Assembly (NCBI GenBank): GCA_017610325.1
Contig: JAFCCF010000002.1
Coordinates: 8,999 to 72,998, forward strand
Origin: Candidatus Aminicenantes bacterium
Lineage (GTDB): Archaea; Nanobdellota; Nanobdellia; Woesearchaeales; JAFCCF01
Direction: 5' to 3'
DNA: 64,000 nt
Under the pieces are notes generated by a model. That model made no database searches and had not been told where the DNA came from. It saw only the letters and a program-made list of their open reading frames with translations. How positions within the stretch are numbered: position 1 is the stretch's first letter; every line of letters starts with the position of its first letter. Shown here in pieces: positions 17,495-25,815 of the stretch. A program made the translations under genes and the position numbers.

Positions 17495-17624
17495 ATGTCC
17501 ACAGTGTAAGCAAACAATGAAGTATCAGGCAACGGATAACAAGCCTGTTGAAAAGAAAGTTAAGCGCTGCGTTTATTGCGGAAAAAACTTTAAAATAAGG
17601 CAGAATGTTGAGAAAATACTATGA
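17481..17624 (+). CDS. small zinc-ribbon protein (47 aa, below the ORF-track cutoff)
   Basis: MLLLRCPQCKQTMKYQATDNKPVEKKVKRCVYCGKNFKIRQNVEKIL has CPxC...CxxC spacing. ATG 17481 overlaps the scpB 3' end by 14 nt; TGA at 17622-17624. Confidence 0.45.
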   Translation: MLLLRCPQCKQTMKYQATDNKPVEKKVKRCVYCGKNFKIRQNVEKIL

Positions 17625-17788
17625 ATTTTGACACTGTTCTCAGCTAGTCAGGGCACAGTATTCAAACAGCTGAAACCCCTTAATTCATGCAGGAGGCTAC
17701 TTCTACCACTATTATACAACCAAAAGATTTATATAAACAAGCACATTATTTTCTATTAAGAAAGGTGTATTCTGACACATAAAATTTG

Positions 17789-17817
17789 AGCTAAAATAAG
17801 CTAAAAATTAGCTAAAA
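17789..17817 (+). promoter_or_regulatory. three phased direct repeats (agctaaaa) immediately upstream of gyrA
   Basis: agctaaaa occurs at 17789, 17799 and 17810 (10-11 bp spacing), ending 11 nt before ATG 17828. The TATA-like gatttatataaac lies further upstream (about 17726). Confidence 0.35.
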
Positions 17818-17827
17818 ATGCAATAAA

Positions 17828-20485
17828 ATGGAAGACCCAGCAGACAAGGAAAAACAGGAAGAAAATAAGGAAGCAGCCAAAGAAGAGGCTCAAGAAAAGG
17901 TAGTTGAGAAAATAGTCCCTCGATTGATTGAAGAAGAGATGAAGCAAAGCTATCTGGATTATGCTATGTCTGTTATAGTGAGCAGGGCACTTCCAGATGT
18001 ACGCGATGGCCTAAAACCAGTACATCGTAGAATTCTGTTTGCAATGAACAAGATTGGTATAACTCATGATAAACCATTTAAGAAAAGTGCCAGAATTGTT
18101 GGAGATGTTCTTGGTAAGTATCATCCGCATGGTGATACTGCAGTATATGATTCAATGGTCAGGATGGCCCAGTCATTTTCTTTGAGATATCCGCTTGTAC
18201 AGGGTCAGGGTAATTTTGGAAGCGTTGACGGCGATTCAGCAGCTGCAATGAGATATACAGAAGCAAGGCTCAACAAGCTTGCTGAGGAAATGCTTGAGGA
18301 TATTGAAAAAGAGACAGTAATGTTCCAGCCAAACTTTGACGGAAGCCTAAAAGAACCCACTGTGTTGCCTTGCAAGGTTCCAAATCTGCTAATCAACGGC
18401 TCAAGTGGAATCGCAGTTGGAATGGCAACAAATATCCCGCCCCATAACATGAATGAAGTATGCGATGCTGCAGTTGCACAAATAGATAACCCAGAAATTA
18501 GTGTCGAAGAACTAATGCAATATGTAAAAGGTCCGGATTTTCCAACTGGCGCTTCAATATCTGGCACAAACGGCATAAAAAGAGCATACCTGACAGGATA
18601 TGGCAAAATTTATGTTAAATCAAAGACAAGGTTTGAAGAGCATAAGAACAAAAAATGTATAGTTATTCCTGAGATTCCTTACCAGGTTAACAAGGCACAG
18701 TTGATTCAACATATAGCAGAGCTTGTTAAGGAGAAAAAAATAGAGGGCATTGCAGATCTAAGAGATGAGAGTGACAGAGACGGCATGAGGGTCGTTATTG
18801 ACCTTAAGAAGGATGCTAACCAGGACATTGTGCTTAACCAGCTCATGAAATACTCTAGGATGCAGGTAACATACCCCATAAATATGCTTGCCCTGGTAAA
18901 AGGCGAGCCAAAGACACTTAATCTAAAGCAGTTGATAAAATATTTTATTGAGCACCGTGTTGATGTTATTACAAGGCGCACACAATTTGAGCTCAAGAAA
19001 GCAAAAGAGCGCGCACATATTCTGAAAGGCCTGATTATTGCAATTGACAACATTGATGAGGTTATACCTAAAATAAGGTCTTCTGAGAATGTTGAAGCTG
19101 CAAAAGCAGTGCTCATACGCGATTACACACTAACAGAAATTCAGGCGCAGGCAATACTTGACATGAAGCTCCAAAAACTAGCATCACTTGAGCAAGCCAA
19201 AATCAAGGAAGAGCACACAGAACGTCTAACAAAGATTAAGGAACTTATTGAGCTTCTATCATCTGACAAGAAGATTTATGACATTATCAAAAATGAACTT
19301 ACTGAATTAAAGAGCAAGTATGGTGACGAGAGAAAGACTGAAGTTATCGATGCTGAGGAAGAAGAACTAATCATCGAAGATCTTATCAAGCCTGAGGACC
19401 AGGTTGTTACTGTTACACATGCTGGCTATATCAAGAGAACTCCGATGGGTGTTTATAAGGCGCAGAAGCGTGGTGGTAAGGGGATTATTGCAACTGAAAC
19501 TCGGGAAGAGGACTTTGTTGAGAAAATATTTATTGCTAATACCCGTAATTATTTGATGTTCTTCACAAACCTTGGAAAGGTGTACTGGCTAAAAGTTTAT
19601 ATGATACCTGAGGCAAGCAGAACAGCAAAAGGCAAGGCGATTGTAAACCTAATAGAGATGGAAAAAGGAGGGGTTGTAACAGCAATAATACCAATAAAGA
19701 AATTTGATGAGAATCATTTCCTTGTCCAGTCTACAAAGAAAGGTATTGTCAAGAAGACAAACCTCCTGGCTTATTCCAGGCCAAGAAAAGGCGGAATCCG
19801 TGCAATAACTCTCGGACCAGGAGATAGCCTCCTTAATGTCAAGATAACTGACGGTCAGCAGCAGATACTTGTTGCTACAAGGAATGGCATGACAGTCAAG
19901 TTTCATGAAAAATATCTGCGTCCAGTTGGCAGGCCATCCAAGGGGGTGATTGGCATAAGGCTGAAAGGAGATGATGCAGTCATTGGAATGGTGATAGCGC
20001 GCGATGACAAAACCTTGCTATCGGTCACAGAACACGGCTATGGAAAGCGTTCTAAAGTTTCGGATTACAGGCTGATTGGCAGGGGTGGTGTAGGAGTCAT
20101 AAACATCCAGTGTAGTGACAGAAACGGAAAGGTTGTAACAATAAAATCTGTTGAGAATACAACAGAGCTGATGCTTGTAAGCATGAAGGGCATTGGAATC
20201 AGGATTCCGGCAAACAACATACCAATCATTGGCAGGAACACGCAGGGTGTCAGGCTGATGAAGCTTAACCCAGGCGACAAGACAGTTGCAGCTGCCAAAA
20301 TCGAAGAAGAAAACAATGCCAATAACAACAACAATAACAACAACAATAACAACAACAATAACAACAACAATAACAACAACAATAACAACAACAATAACAA
20401 CAACAATAACAACAATAACAACAATAACAATAACAACAACAACAACAACAACAACAATATGGTTGAACAAGGCAGCAGTAATTAA
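17828..20485 (+). CDS. gyrA: DNA gyrase subunit A (bacterial type) with poly-Asn C-terminal tail
   Basis: N-terminal signature is [32 protein letters not shown]. Also has YHPHGD, the active-site region AAMRYTE, and C-terminal beta-pinwheel repeats. Confidence 0.92.
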   Translation: MEDPADKEKQEENKEAAKEEAQEKVVEKIVPRLIEEEMKQSYLDYAMSVIVSRALPDVRDGLKPVHRRILFAMNKIGITHDKPFKKSARIVGDVLGKYHPHGDTAVYDSMVRMAQSFSLRYPLVQGQGNFGSVDGDSAAAMRYTEARLNKLAEEMLEDIEKETVMFQPNFDGSLKEPTVLPCKVPNLLINGSSGIAVGMATNIPPHNMNEVCDAAVAQIDNPEISVEELMQYVKGPDFPTGASISGTNGIKRAYLTGYGKIYVKSKTRFEEHKNKKCIVIPEIPYQVNKAQLIQHIAELVKEKKIEGIADLRDESDRDGMRVVIDLKKDANQDIVLNQLMKYSRMQVTYPINMLALVKGEPKTLNLKQLIKYFIEHRVDVITRRTQFELKKAKERAHILKGLIIAIDNIDEVIPKIRSSENVEAAKAVLIRDYTLTEIQAQAILDMKLQKLASLEQAKIKEEHTERLTKIKELIELLSSDKKIYDIIKNELTELKSKYGDERKTEVIDAEEEELIIEDLIKPEDQVVTVTHAGYIKRTPMGVYKAQKRGGKGIIATETREEDFVEKIFIANTRNYLMFFTNLGKVYWLKVYMIPEASRTAKGKAIVNLIEMEKGGVVTAIIPIKKFDENHFLVQSTKKGIVKKTNLLAYSRPRKGGIRAITLGPGDSLLNVKITDGQQQILVATRNGMTVKFHEKYLRPVGRPSKGVIGIRLKGDDAVIGMVIARDDKTLLSVTEHGYGKRSKVSDYRLIGRGGVGVINIQCSDRNGKVVTIKSVENTTELMLVSMKGIGIRIPANNIPIIGRNTQGVRLMKLNPGDKTVAAAKIEEENNANNNNNNNNNNNNNNNNNNNNNNNNNNNNNNNNNNNNNNNNNNNNNNMVEQGSSN
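20321..20458 (+). repeat. AAY microsatellite encoding 46 consecutive Asn inside gyrA
   Basis: (aataacaacaac)n degenerates to (aac)n. It is in frame with gyrA (offset 2493 nt from the ATG). Confidence 0.95.
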
Positions 20486-20516
20486 ACTTAAATACTACTA
20501 ATTCTTCCTTATTCTC

Positions 20517-21605
20517 ATGAAAGCATTGGGTATTACCCATAAAGGGGCAGAAGATATAGCCTGTCTTGAAATCAAGGAATTGATTGGTACAAAGGCAACT
20601 GTAAAACCTTCTGTTGTAGTGTTTACTGCAAAAAAAGTAGAGGATTTGTGCAAGCTGTGCTATAAAGGCCAATCATTCAGGAGGGTGATGTTGCTTTTGA
20701 AAGAATTTAAGGTTACAAAAGAATTGCTAAACATGAAAAAAGAGCTAAATGCAATTGATTTTTCAAAGCACGTTAAGAAAAACCAGACATTCAGGGTTGA
20801 ATGTGTCAGAATCGGCGAGCATAGTTTCCAGAGCAGTGATATAGCTGAGGAAGCTGGAGCTGTTATTGATGGAAAAGTTGACTTGGAAAACCCTGACATT
20901 AGATTCTTAATATATATCCATGATAGGGATGCGTACTTAGGCATTGATTTTTCAGGGTTTGACATGTCAAAGCGCGATTATAAAATTTTTGCGCCAGCAT
21001 TTACAATTAAGGGCACAATAGCATATACACTTGTCAGGCTTTCTGGCTATAAAAAGGGCAAGGTGTTTGTTGACCCATTCTGCGGCTCAGCAACTATTCC
21101 AATTGAGGCAGCGTTCTTTGCATCATGTTTTCCAGTTAATTTCTACAGGAAGGAAAAATTTGCATTCCTCAAGTTCATAGATTACAAATTTAGGGATATA
21201 AAACCAAAAAAGCAGAAAATATCTGGTTATGACACACAGCTAAGGATGGTTAGGCAGGCTCAGAAAAATGCCCAGATTGCTGGTGTGAAAAAAATAATTG
21301 AGCTGAGCAAGATTGAAGTTTCATGGATGGACACAAAGTTTAAGGAAGCAACAGTTGACTGCATTGCATCAAACATGCCAGTTTATTCAGAGCGCGTTGA
21401 TAAAAAAGCAGTGGAAAAATCATACCATGAGTTGTTCTACCAGGCAAAGTATGTGCTAAAGAAAACAGGAAAAATAGCACTGGCATGCAACAAGCCAGAG
21501 ATTATCAAAGCAGCTGCAGAAAAACACAGTTTCAAGCTCGAAGAAGAAAGAATAATCATGCAGGGCAAGATGGAACTTGCAATCCTTGTTTTCAAAAAGA
21601 GTTAA
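20517..21605 (+). CDS. THUMP-domain RNA (guanine-N2)-methyltransferase-like (Trm14/COG0116 type)
   Basis: N-terminal ~150 aa look THUMP-like. MTase motif I is DPFCGSATIPIEAA; motif IV-like is ASNMPVY. Confidence 0.65.
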   Translation: MKALGITHKGAEDIACLEIKELIGTKATVKPSVVVFTAKKVEDLCKLCYKGQSFRRVMLLLKEFKVTKELLNMKKELNAIDFSKHVKKNQTFRVECVRIGEHSFQSSDIAEEAGAVIDGKVDLENPDIRFLIYIHDRDAYLGIDFSGFDMSKRDYKIFAPAFTIKGTIAYTLVRLSGYKKGKVFVDPFCGSATIPIEAAFFASCFPVNFYRKEKFAFLKFIDYKFRDIKPKKQKISGYDTQLRMVRQAQKNAQIAGVKKIIELSKIEVSWMDTKFKEATVDCIASNMPVYSERVDKKAVEKSYHELFYQAKYVLKKTGKIALACNKPEIIKAAAEKHSFKLEEERIIMQGKMELAILVFKKS

Positions 21606-21637
21606 ATTTATATATTCTCATATTCTTAACTAAAACA

Positions 21638-22153
21638 ATGAAAAATATCAAAGAAAAGATTCTGTCAATTGCAATTGCAATCATTTTGCTGTTATTCATA
21701 GCTTATGGCATCAATACATTTTTTCCTAATCCAGAATATGATGATTTCTGCATAGAAAAACCATACAGGATTAACATAACTGAAGAAGAATGTGTTTCAG
21801 ATGGCGGAAAATGGACCCAGGAAAGGATTCCTAAAATAGCAGGTGAGCCAGAACAGAGCGGTTACTGCGATATAACCTATACATGCAGGCAGGAGCTTGA
21901 AGATTCAAGGGAAAAATACAACAAAATCGTGTTTATTATCTCTGGAATACTTGGCCTGTTTTGCGTAATCCTTGGCGGAATTGTGTTAAAGGTAGAATCT
22001 GTCTCAGTTGGAATCATGGGCGGCGGAATATTAACTATCATTTATGGAACAATCCGTTACTGGGGTAATCTGGAAGATGTTGGAAGGTTTCTGATACTAG
22101 GCTTAATCCTAGCAGTCTTGATAATTCTTGGCTATAAATACATTAAAAAATAG
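21638..22153 (+). CDS. membrane protein (N-terminal anchor, Cys-containing ectodomain, 3 C-terminal TM)
   Basis: ATG 21638 begins MKNIKEKILSIAIAIILLLF. The track extension back to 21485 overlaps the upstream gene and is unlikely. Confidence 0.55.
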   Translation: MKNIKEKILSIAIAIILLLFIAYGINTFFPNPEYDDFCIEKPYRINITEEECVSDGGKWTQERIPKIAGEPEQSGYCDITYTCRQELEDSREKYNKIVFIISGILGLFCVILGGIVLKVESVSVGIMGGGILTIIYGTIRYWGNLEDVGRFLILGLILAVLIILGYKYIKK

Positions 22154-22198
22154 CCCCAAGGAGTTAAATTTATAAATTATATTATCCTATTTATTATT

Positions 22199-22294
22199 AT
22201 GAATCTAATTATGAAGTGCATATCGATTTTTATCTTGGTGGTTGTATCTATTACAATATTTGGCTTGATTCTAGCTTTTATAAAAGCGATGTGA
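22199..22294 (+). CDS. possible 31-aa single-TM micropeptide
   Basis: MNLIMKCISIFILVVVSITIFGLILAFIKAM. Only ORF logic and hydrophobicity support it. Confidence 0.2.
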   Translation: MNLIMKCISIFILVVVSITIFGLILAFIKAM

Positions 22295-22310
22295 TGTTAG
22301 AAAAAACATT

Positions 22311-22321
22311 AAATTTATAAA
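22311..22321 (+). promoter_or_regulatory. TATA box for RNase P RNA
   Basis: aaatttataaa is centred about 28 nt upstream of the P1 helix start at 22344. Confidence 0.55.
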
Positions 22322-22343
22322 GTGTGTTTTATTCCTTATCTCT

Positions 22344-22646
22344 GTAGGGAAGTGCTTAACAACCGGTTTTACCGAGGAAAGTCCACCCACCGCGAAAGAC
22401 CACCTGTTTGCGCAGGATTTCGAAAGGGATGGCAACCACTCAGAAACGAAACCACCATAATTTAGGATGATGGGCGCGAAGGTGCTGGCAACAGTGCTGA
22501 GTTAACCCCCTGACATTTTTTATGGAAAGGATGAAACGGTGAGCCCTGGTTGGTGCAAGTTGTTACAACGCTTAGTTAAATGTTAAGGCAGGCTGTTCAT
22601 GTTCAATGCGTGAAGCCTGACAGAAGGTGGCTTATAGCTTCCCTAC
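22344..22646 (+). ncRNA. rnpB: RNase P RNA (archaeal type-A-like)
   Basis: Universal CR-I GAGGAAAGTCC at 22374-22384. CR-V-like ACAGAAGGTGGCTTA near the 3' end. Terminal P1 pairing is GTAGGGAAG (22344-) with CTTCCCTAC (-22646). It is a GC-rich island in AT-rich DNA. Confidence 0.9.
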
Positions 22647-22680
22647 ACCTTTTTAATAAAAATCAGGAGAATGTTTTAGC

Positions 22681-22848
22681 ATGGCAAAAGACACCAAAAT
22701 TTCAATGCCCTCTGGAATTGGGGGACTTGTAAGGTATTTTGACGATTACAAGAGCAAGATAGAGTTTAAGCCTGGTGTTGTGATTATCTTTGTTATCGTA
22801 GTTATCATAATCATCATAATTCTGCACATCTACAAACCTGGTCTATAA
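22681..22848 (+). CDS. secG: preprotein translocase subunit Sec61beta (55 aa, below the ORF-track cutoff)
   Basis: MAKDTKISMPSGIGGLVRYFDDYKSKIEFKPGVVIIFVIVVIIIIIILHIYKPGL has the GL.RYFD motif plus a C-terminal TM anchor. TAA at 22846-22848. Confidence 0.8.
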   Translation: MAKDTKISMPSGIGGLVRYFDDYKSKIEFKPGVVIIFVIVVIIIIIILHIYKPGL

Positions 22849-22849
22849 A

Positions 22850-23194
22850 ATGATTCCTGGCATGAATCCACGAAAAATGCAGCAGGCTATGAAGCGCATG
22901 GGCATTCAGCAGGTAGAGATAGAAGCAACAGAGGTTATAATTAAATGTCCAGATAAGGAAATAATAATAACAAATCCAAATGTTTCTAAAGTTAATATGA
23001 TGGGCCAGCAGACATATCAAATAGTTGGAGAAGAGCATGAACGAGGACTCTCAACTGAGCCTGAGATAAACAAGGATGATATCAAGACCGTAGCAGAGCA
23101 AGCAGAAGTGACTGAAGAAGAGGCAAAAAAGGCAATTGAAGAGGCAAAAGGCGACCTTGCACAGGCAATTCTTTCTTTAAAGAATTCCGGATAA
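22850..23194 (+). CDS. nac: nascent polypeptide-associated complex protein (archaeal NAC, NAC + UBA domains)
   Basis: MNPRKMQQAMKRMGIQQVEIEATEVII...NPNVSKVNMMGQQTYQIVGE, with a C-terminal UBA-like EEEAKKAIEEAKGDLAQAIL. Confidence 0.9.
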   Translation: MIPGMNPRKMQQAMKRMGIQQVEIEATEVIIKCPDKEIIITNPNVSKVNMMGQQTYQIVGEEHERGLSTEPEINKDDIKTVAEQAEVTEEEAKKAIEEAKGDLAQAILSLKNSG

Positions 23195-23249
23195 AAAATA
23201 ACAAACTTTTTATACCCTGACTAACATAAATCTACTTAGCGGGGGCAAA

Positions 23250-23714
23250 ATGGAAAAACACCAGCAGGCCAAGATGCGGGCTGAGCGATATATTAAAATC
23301 GCCGATCACATGCTTACCCAAACATTTCCCCTGCTTAAAGATCCGAAATTATTGCTGGCAGTGATGCAAAACATTTTTTTATCACTGAGATACTCGATGG
23401 AAACCCTGCTTTATTATGACAGGCTCTATAAGAAGATTCCTCCGTTCCAGGAGAATTTCGAGTCAAAGTTTAATATGTTCAGGCAGAAGCTAATTGTAAG
23501 GTACAGCATCGATAGGCGGTATGTGAACCTGATTCAGGATATAAAAGAGCTGATAATTGAACACAAGAAGAGCCCAGTTGAATTCACTAGAAAAGACAAA
23601 TTTGTGATATGCTCAGAAAACTATCAAATGAAAACAATTGGCGTTGAGCAAATGAAGGGATATGTGCAGGAAGCCAAAAAATTTTACAATTACATTAACC
23701 AAAAAATACCATAA
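23250..23714 (+). CDS. hypothetical helical protein, paralogue A (first gene of the MinD operon)
   Basis: 154 aa with no recognisable family. Shares architecture and the C-terminal pattern EF.R....(V/I)....I...V..Y...(A/T)K.F..(Y/F)I with the next gene. Confidence 0.5.
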   Translation: MEKHQQAKMRAERYIKIADHMLTQTFPLLKDPKLLLAVMQNIFLSLRYSMETLLYYDRLYKKIPPFQENFESKFNMFRQKLIVRYSIDRRYVNLIQDIKELIIEHKKSPVEFTRKDKFVICSENYQMKTIGVEQMKGYVQEAKKFYNYINQKIP

Positions 23715-23715
23715 C

Positions 23716-24174
23716 ATGAATCACTCTATATTAAATGCAATAAAAGAGCTAAGAAGGTCAGAGCACCTGCTATATGTTAGCTTAAAATACACAAGGACTG
23801 CAGATGTTATTAAAAGCGTAATAGCCAGATTAATAGAATCCTTTGACTGGATTCTTGATGGTTTAATGGAAAAATTCAAGGATGAGAAAAAAATACAAGA
23901 AATCCCATTTGCGCCAAGGCTGAAATGTGAGGTCATCAAGGAACAATATTCTGACGATTCTAAATTACATGATTTTCTTGATTTCTACCTCCTACTGAGG
24001 AGGCTTAATCGGGCAGAGTATACTGAGAGCAACGAGTTCAGGCGACATGTTACAATGACGGCGCATATTAAAGGTGAAGAGGATATTCCGGTTGATATTG
24101 ACACTGTAAGCGAATACTTACAAAAAACAAAAGATTTTATAGAGTTCATTAAACCTAGGTTAGAAAATGAGTAA
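23716..24174 (+). CDS. hypothetical helical protein, paralogue B
   Basis: ATG 23716 lies 1 nt after the upstream stop; 152 aa. The track start at 23662 is an overlapping extension. Confidence 0.5.
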   Translation: MNHSILNAIKELRRSEHLLYVSLKYTRTADVIKSVIARLIESFDWILDGLMEKFKDEKKIQEIPFAPRLKCEVIKEQYSDDSKLHDFLDFYLLLRRLNRAEYTESNEFRRHVTMTAHIKGEEDIPVDIDTVSEYLQKTKDFIEFIKPRLENE

Positions 24175-24943
24175 ATCTATCGGAGTTATCAGCGGGAAGG
24201 GTGGTGTCGGTAAAACAACCACAGTTATAAACTTGGGTTCTGCCCTGAACCAGTTTGGACATGAAGTGATTGTTGTAGATGCAAATATATCTTCCCCTAA
24301 CATGGGTACTTACCTTGGTAATCCAATAGTCGCAGCAACACTAAATGATGTTATAATGGGCAAGAAGACCATGCAAGATGCTATGGTGATGCACCAGTCT
24401 GGCTTAAGAACAGTCTTCTCAAGCATTTCTTTTGAGGATATTAAGAACACAGATGTTAAAAAGCTCGCAGAAACACTTAAACAGATGAAAGGGTTTGGCG
24501 ACATTATACTCATTGACGGGTCATCCGGACAAACAGACGAGACAATAGAGGTTGTGAAAGCGAGCGATGAAGTGCTTGTTGTTACAACACCTGATCTGAC
24601 TTCTGTAACAGACACAGTAAGGACCATCAAGATTGCAAATGAACATGGTGCAAATGTGCTTGGCATTGTGATTACAATGGCAAAGAATCAGTTACATGAG
24701 ATGCAGGTGAAAAACATAGAGGAAATGACAAACCATAAGGTGATTTCAGTTATCCCCGAAGATGAGATGGTGAAGCTCGCTGCCAAGACCAAATATCCAA
24801 TAACCTATTCATATCCTGATTCACCTGCAGCAGTAAATTATAAAAAGCTGGCTGCATACTTAATTGGCCAGAAGTATGAGCATGAGGTTGCCAGCAAAGA
24901 AGAGGGCAATATACTCTCATCTATACTGGGTGGGTTGAAATGA
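24167..24943 (+). CDS. minD: MinD/ParA-family P-loop ATPase (archaeal MinD-like)
   Basis: Deviant Walker A is GVISGKGGVGKTTTVINLGSAL; Walker B-like is IILIDGSSG. Overlaps the upstream gene by 8 nt. Confidence 0.85.
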   Translation: MSKSIGVISGKGGVGKTTTVINLGSALNQFGHEVIVVDANISSPNMGTYLGNPIVAATLNDVIMGKKTMQDAMVMHQSGLRTVFSSISFEDIKNTDVKKLAETLKQMKGFGDIILIDGSSGQTDETIEVVKASDEVLVVTTPDLTSVTDTVRTIKIANEHGANVLGIVITMAKNQLHEMQVKNIEEMTNHKVISVIPEDEMVKLAAKTKYPITYSYPDSPAAVNYKKLAAYLIGQKYEHEVASKEEGNILSSILGGLK

Positions 24944-25371
24944 AAAAAGAGGGGAATGTTCAATATGCAAAAAGCATGCACAGGATACATTATTGGTTGA
25001 CACTGATGGTGCTCACTATCTGTAGTTTTCTTATCACTTTTATTCTTATTCCATTTATGCTTGTGCTGAATAACATGGCAATCAATTTTATTGTGATAAT
25101 ACTTGGCCTGCTTTTTGGCCTGATATTTACTTTTGTTGTGCTTGATCTCGAGCACCTTGAGAAATACCATCATGTGTTTGCAGGTTTATTCATACCTCTC
25201 GTCGCATTAATCAACATGTTGGTGCTGATAATCTTAACAACAAGAATTGCCGCAATATTCAACATAAGCATCCAGAGAGACCCAGTTATAATCAGTATGC
25301 TCTATCTTGGGTCATTTGTGCTGCCGTATCTTTTGTATAATTACGCACGGCATCTAAAGGCAAAGAAATAG
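24940..25371 (+). CDS. small polytopic membrane protein (4 TM), last gene of the MinD operon
   Basis: ATGA overlap with minD; four hydrophobic helices. Confidence 0.55.
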   Translation: MKKEGNVQYAKSMHRIHYWLTLMVLTICSFLITFILIPFMLVLNNMAINFIVIILGLLFGLIFTFVVLDLEHLEKYHHVFAGLFIPLVALINMLVLIILTTRIAAIFNISIQRDPVIISMLYLGSFVLPYLLYNYARHLKAKK

Positions 25372-25538
25372 TACGGGTTTCAATGCCCCTTATCATTCTG
25401 TTATGGGTTTCCTCACTGCGTTCGTCAAGCCCACTTAGAAAAAATAATAGGTCCATTAGTGTGGCTTTATGCCGCACGATCCCGTCCAAGCCTGATACCC
25501 CCCAAGGGGTTCCAGGAACTTGTTCCTGATAAGGGTTG

Positions 25539-25556
25539 AGGGCGATAGGGGGGAAT
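25539..25556 (-). repeat. 18-bp duplicate of the tRNA-His 3' end (T-stem 3' half + acceptor 3' half)
   Basis: agggcgataggggggaat at 25539-25556 is identical to 25630-25647 inside/abutting tRNA-His. The copies are direct repeats 91 bp apart. Confidence 0.9.
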
Positions 25557-25620
25557 GTCCACGTTAGAACCTATGGTTCCGACACCTCACAGAGATTTGT
25601 TCGCTTTACTCACAAATCAA

Positions 25621-25631
25621 GAAAAAAGAAG
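25621..25631 (-). terminator. oligo-T terminator after tRNA-His
   Basis: The minus strand reads cttcttttttc immediately after discriminator C73. Confidence 0.45.
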
Positions 25632-25723
25632 GGCGATAGGGGGGAATTGAACCCCCTCCTAGGGATTTCTGCAGTCAAAATCACTGCCACAGTCCCTCAT
25701 TCTACCATTAAACTACTACCGCC
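25632..25723 (-). tRNA. tRNA-His (GUG) with encoded G-1 and a 20-nt canonical (37/38) intron
   Basis: G-1 + GCGGTAG/CTATCGC acceptor (one G-U) + C73. D arm is GTTT-AATGGTA-GAAT. Anticodon stem is AGGGA/TCCCT with loop CTGTGG|intron CAGTGATTTTGACTGCAGAA|A. T arm is GGGGG-TTCAATT-CCCCC. Confidence 0.9.
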
Positions 25724-25749
25724 AATATAGGTCTAAGAAATCAGGATTT

Positions 25750-25760
25750 CCTTATAAATG
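25750..25760 (-). promoter_or_regulatory. TATA box for tRNA-His
   Basis: Minus-strand catttataagg is centred about 32 nt upstream of the tRNA 5' end. Confidence 0.5.
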
Positions 25761-25815
25761 TTACGTAAAACAATAAATATTTATACAATGAGTAAGAAGA
25801 TATAATTGTCAACAA

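Noticed and set aside
20018-20672. ORFs encoding poly-Val/Ile, poly-Leu, Cys/Tyr repeats and a plus-strand poly-Thr/Ile ORF
   Set aside because: They are alternative-frame and antisense readings of the AAY microsatellite inside gyrA, so they are artefacts of the repeat.
21485-21637. N-terminal extension of the 21638-22153 membrane protein (track ORF of 222 aa)
   Set aside because: The extension overlaps the last 120 nt of the THUMP methyltransferase in another frame and is basic low complexity. ATG 21638 gives a normal signal-anchor N-terminus.
25372-25630. SRP (7S) RNA or C/D box sRNA in the GC-rich spacer
   Set aside because: No helix-8 GGAA/AGCA-type motifs and no RUGAUGA C box paired with the CUGA sequences were found. 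It is left as unassigned structure.
25536-25730. 64-aa plus-strand ORF
   Set aside because: It overlaps tRNA-His (minus strand) and the duplicated tRNA fragment, and its composition is driven by the tRNA sequence.
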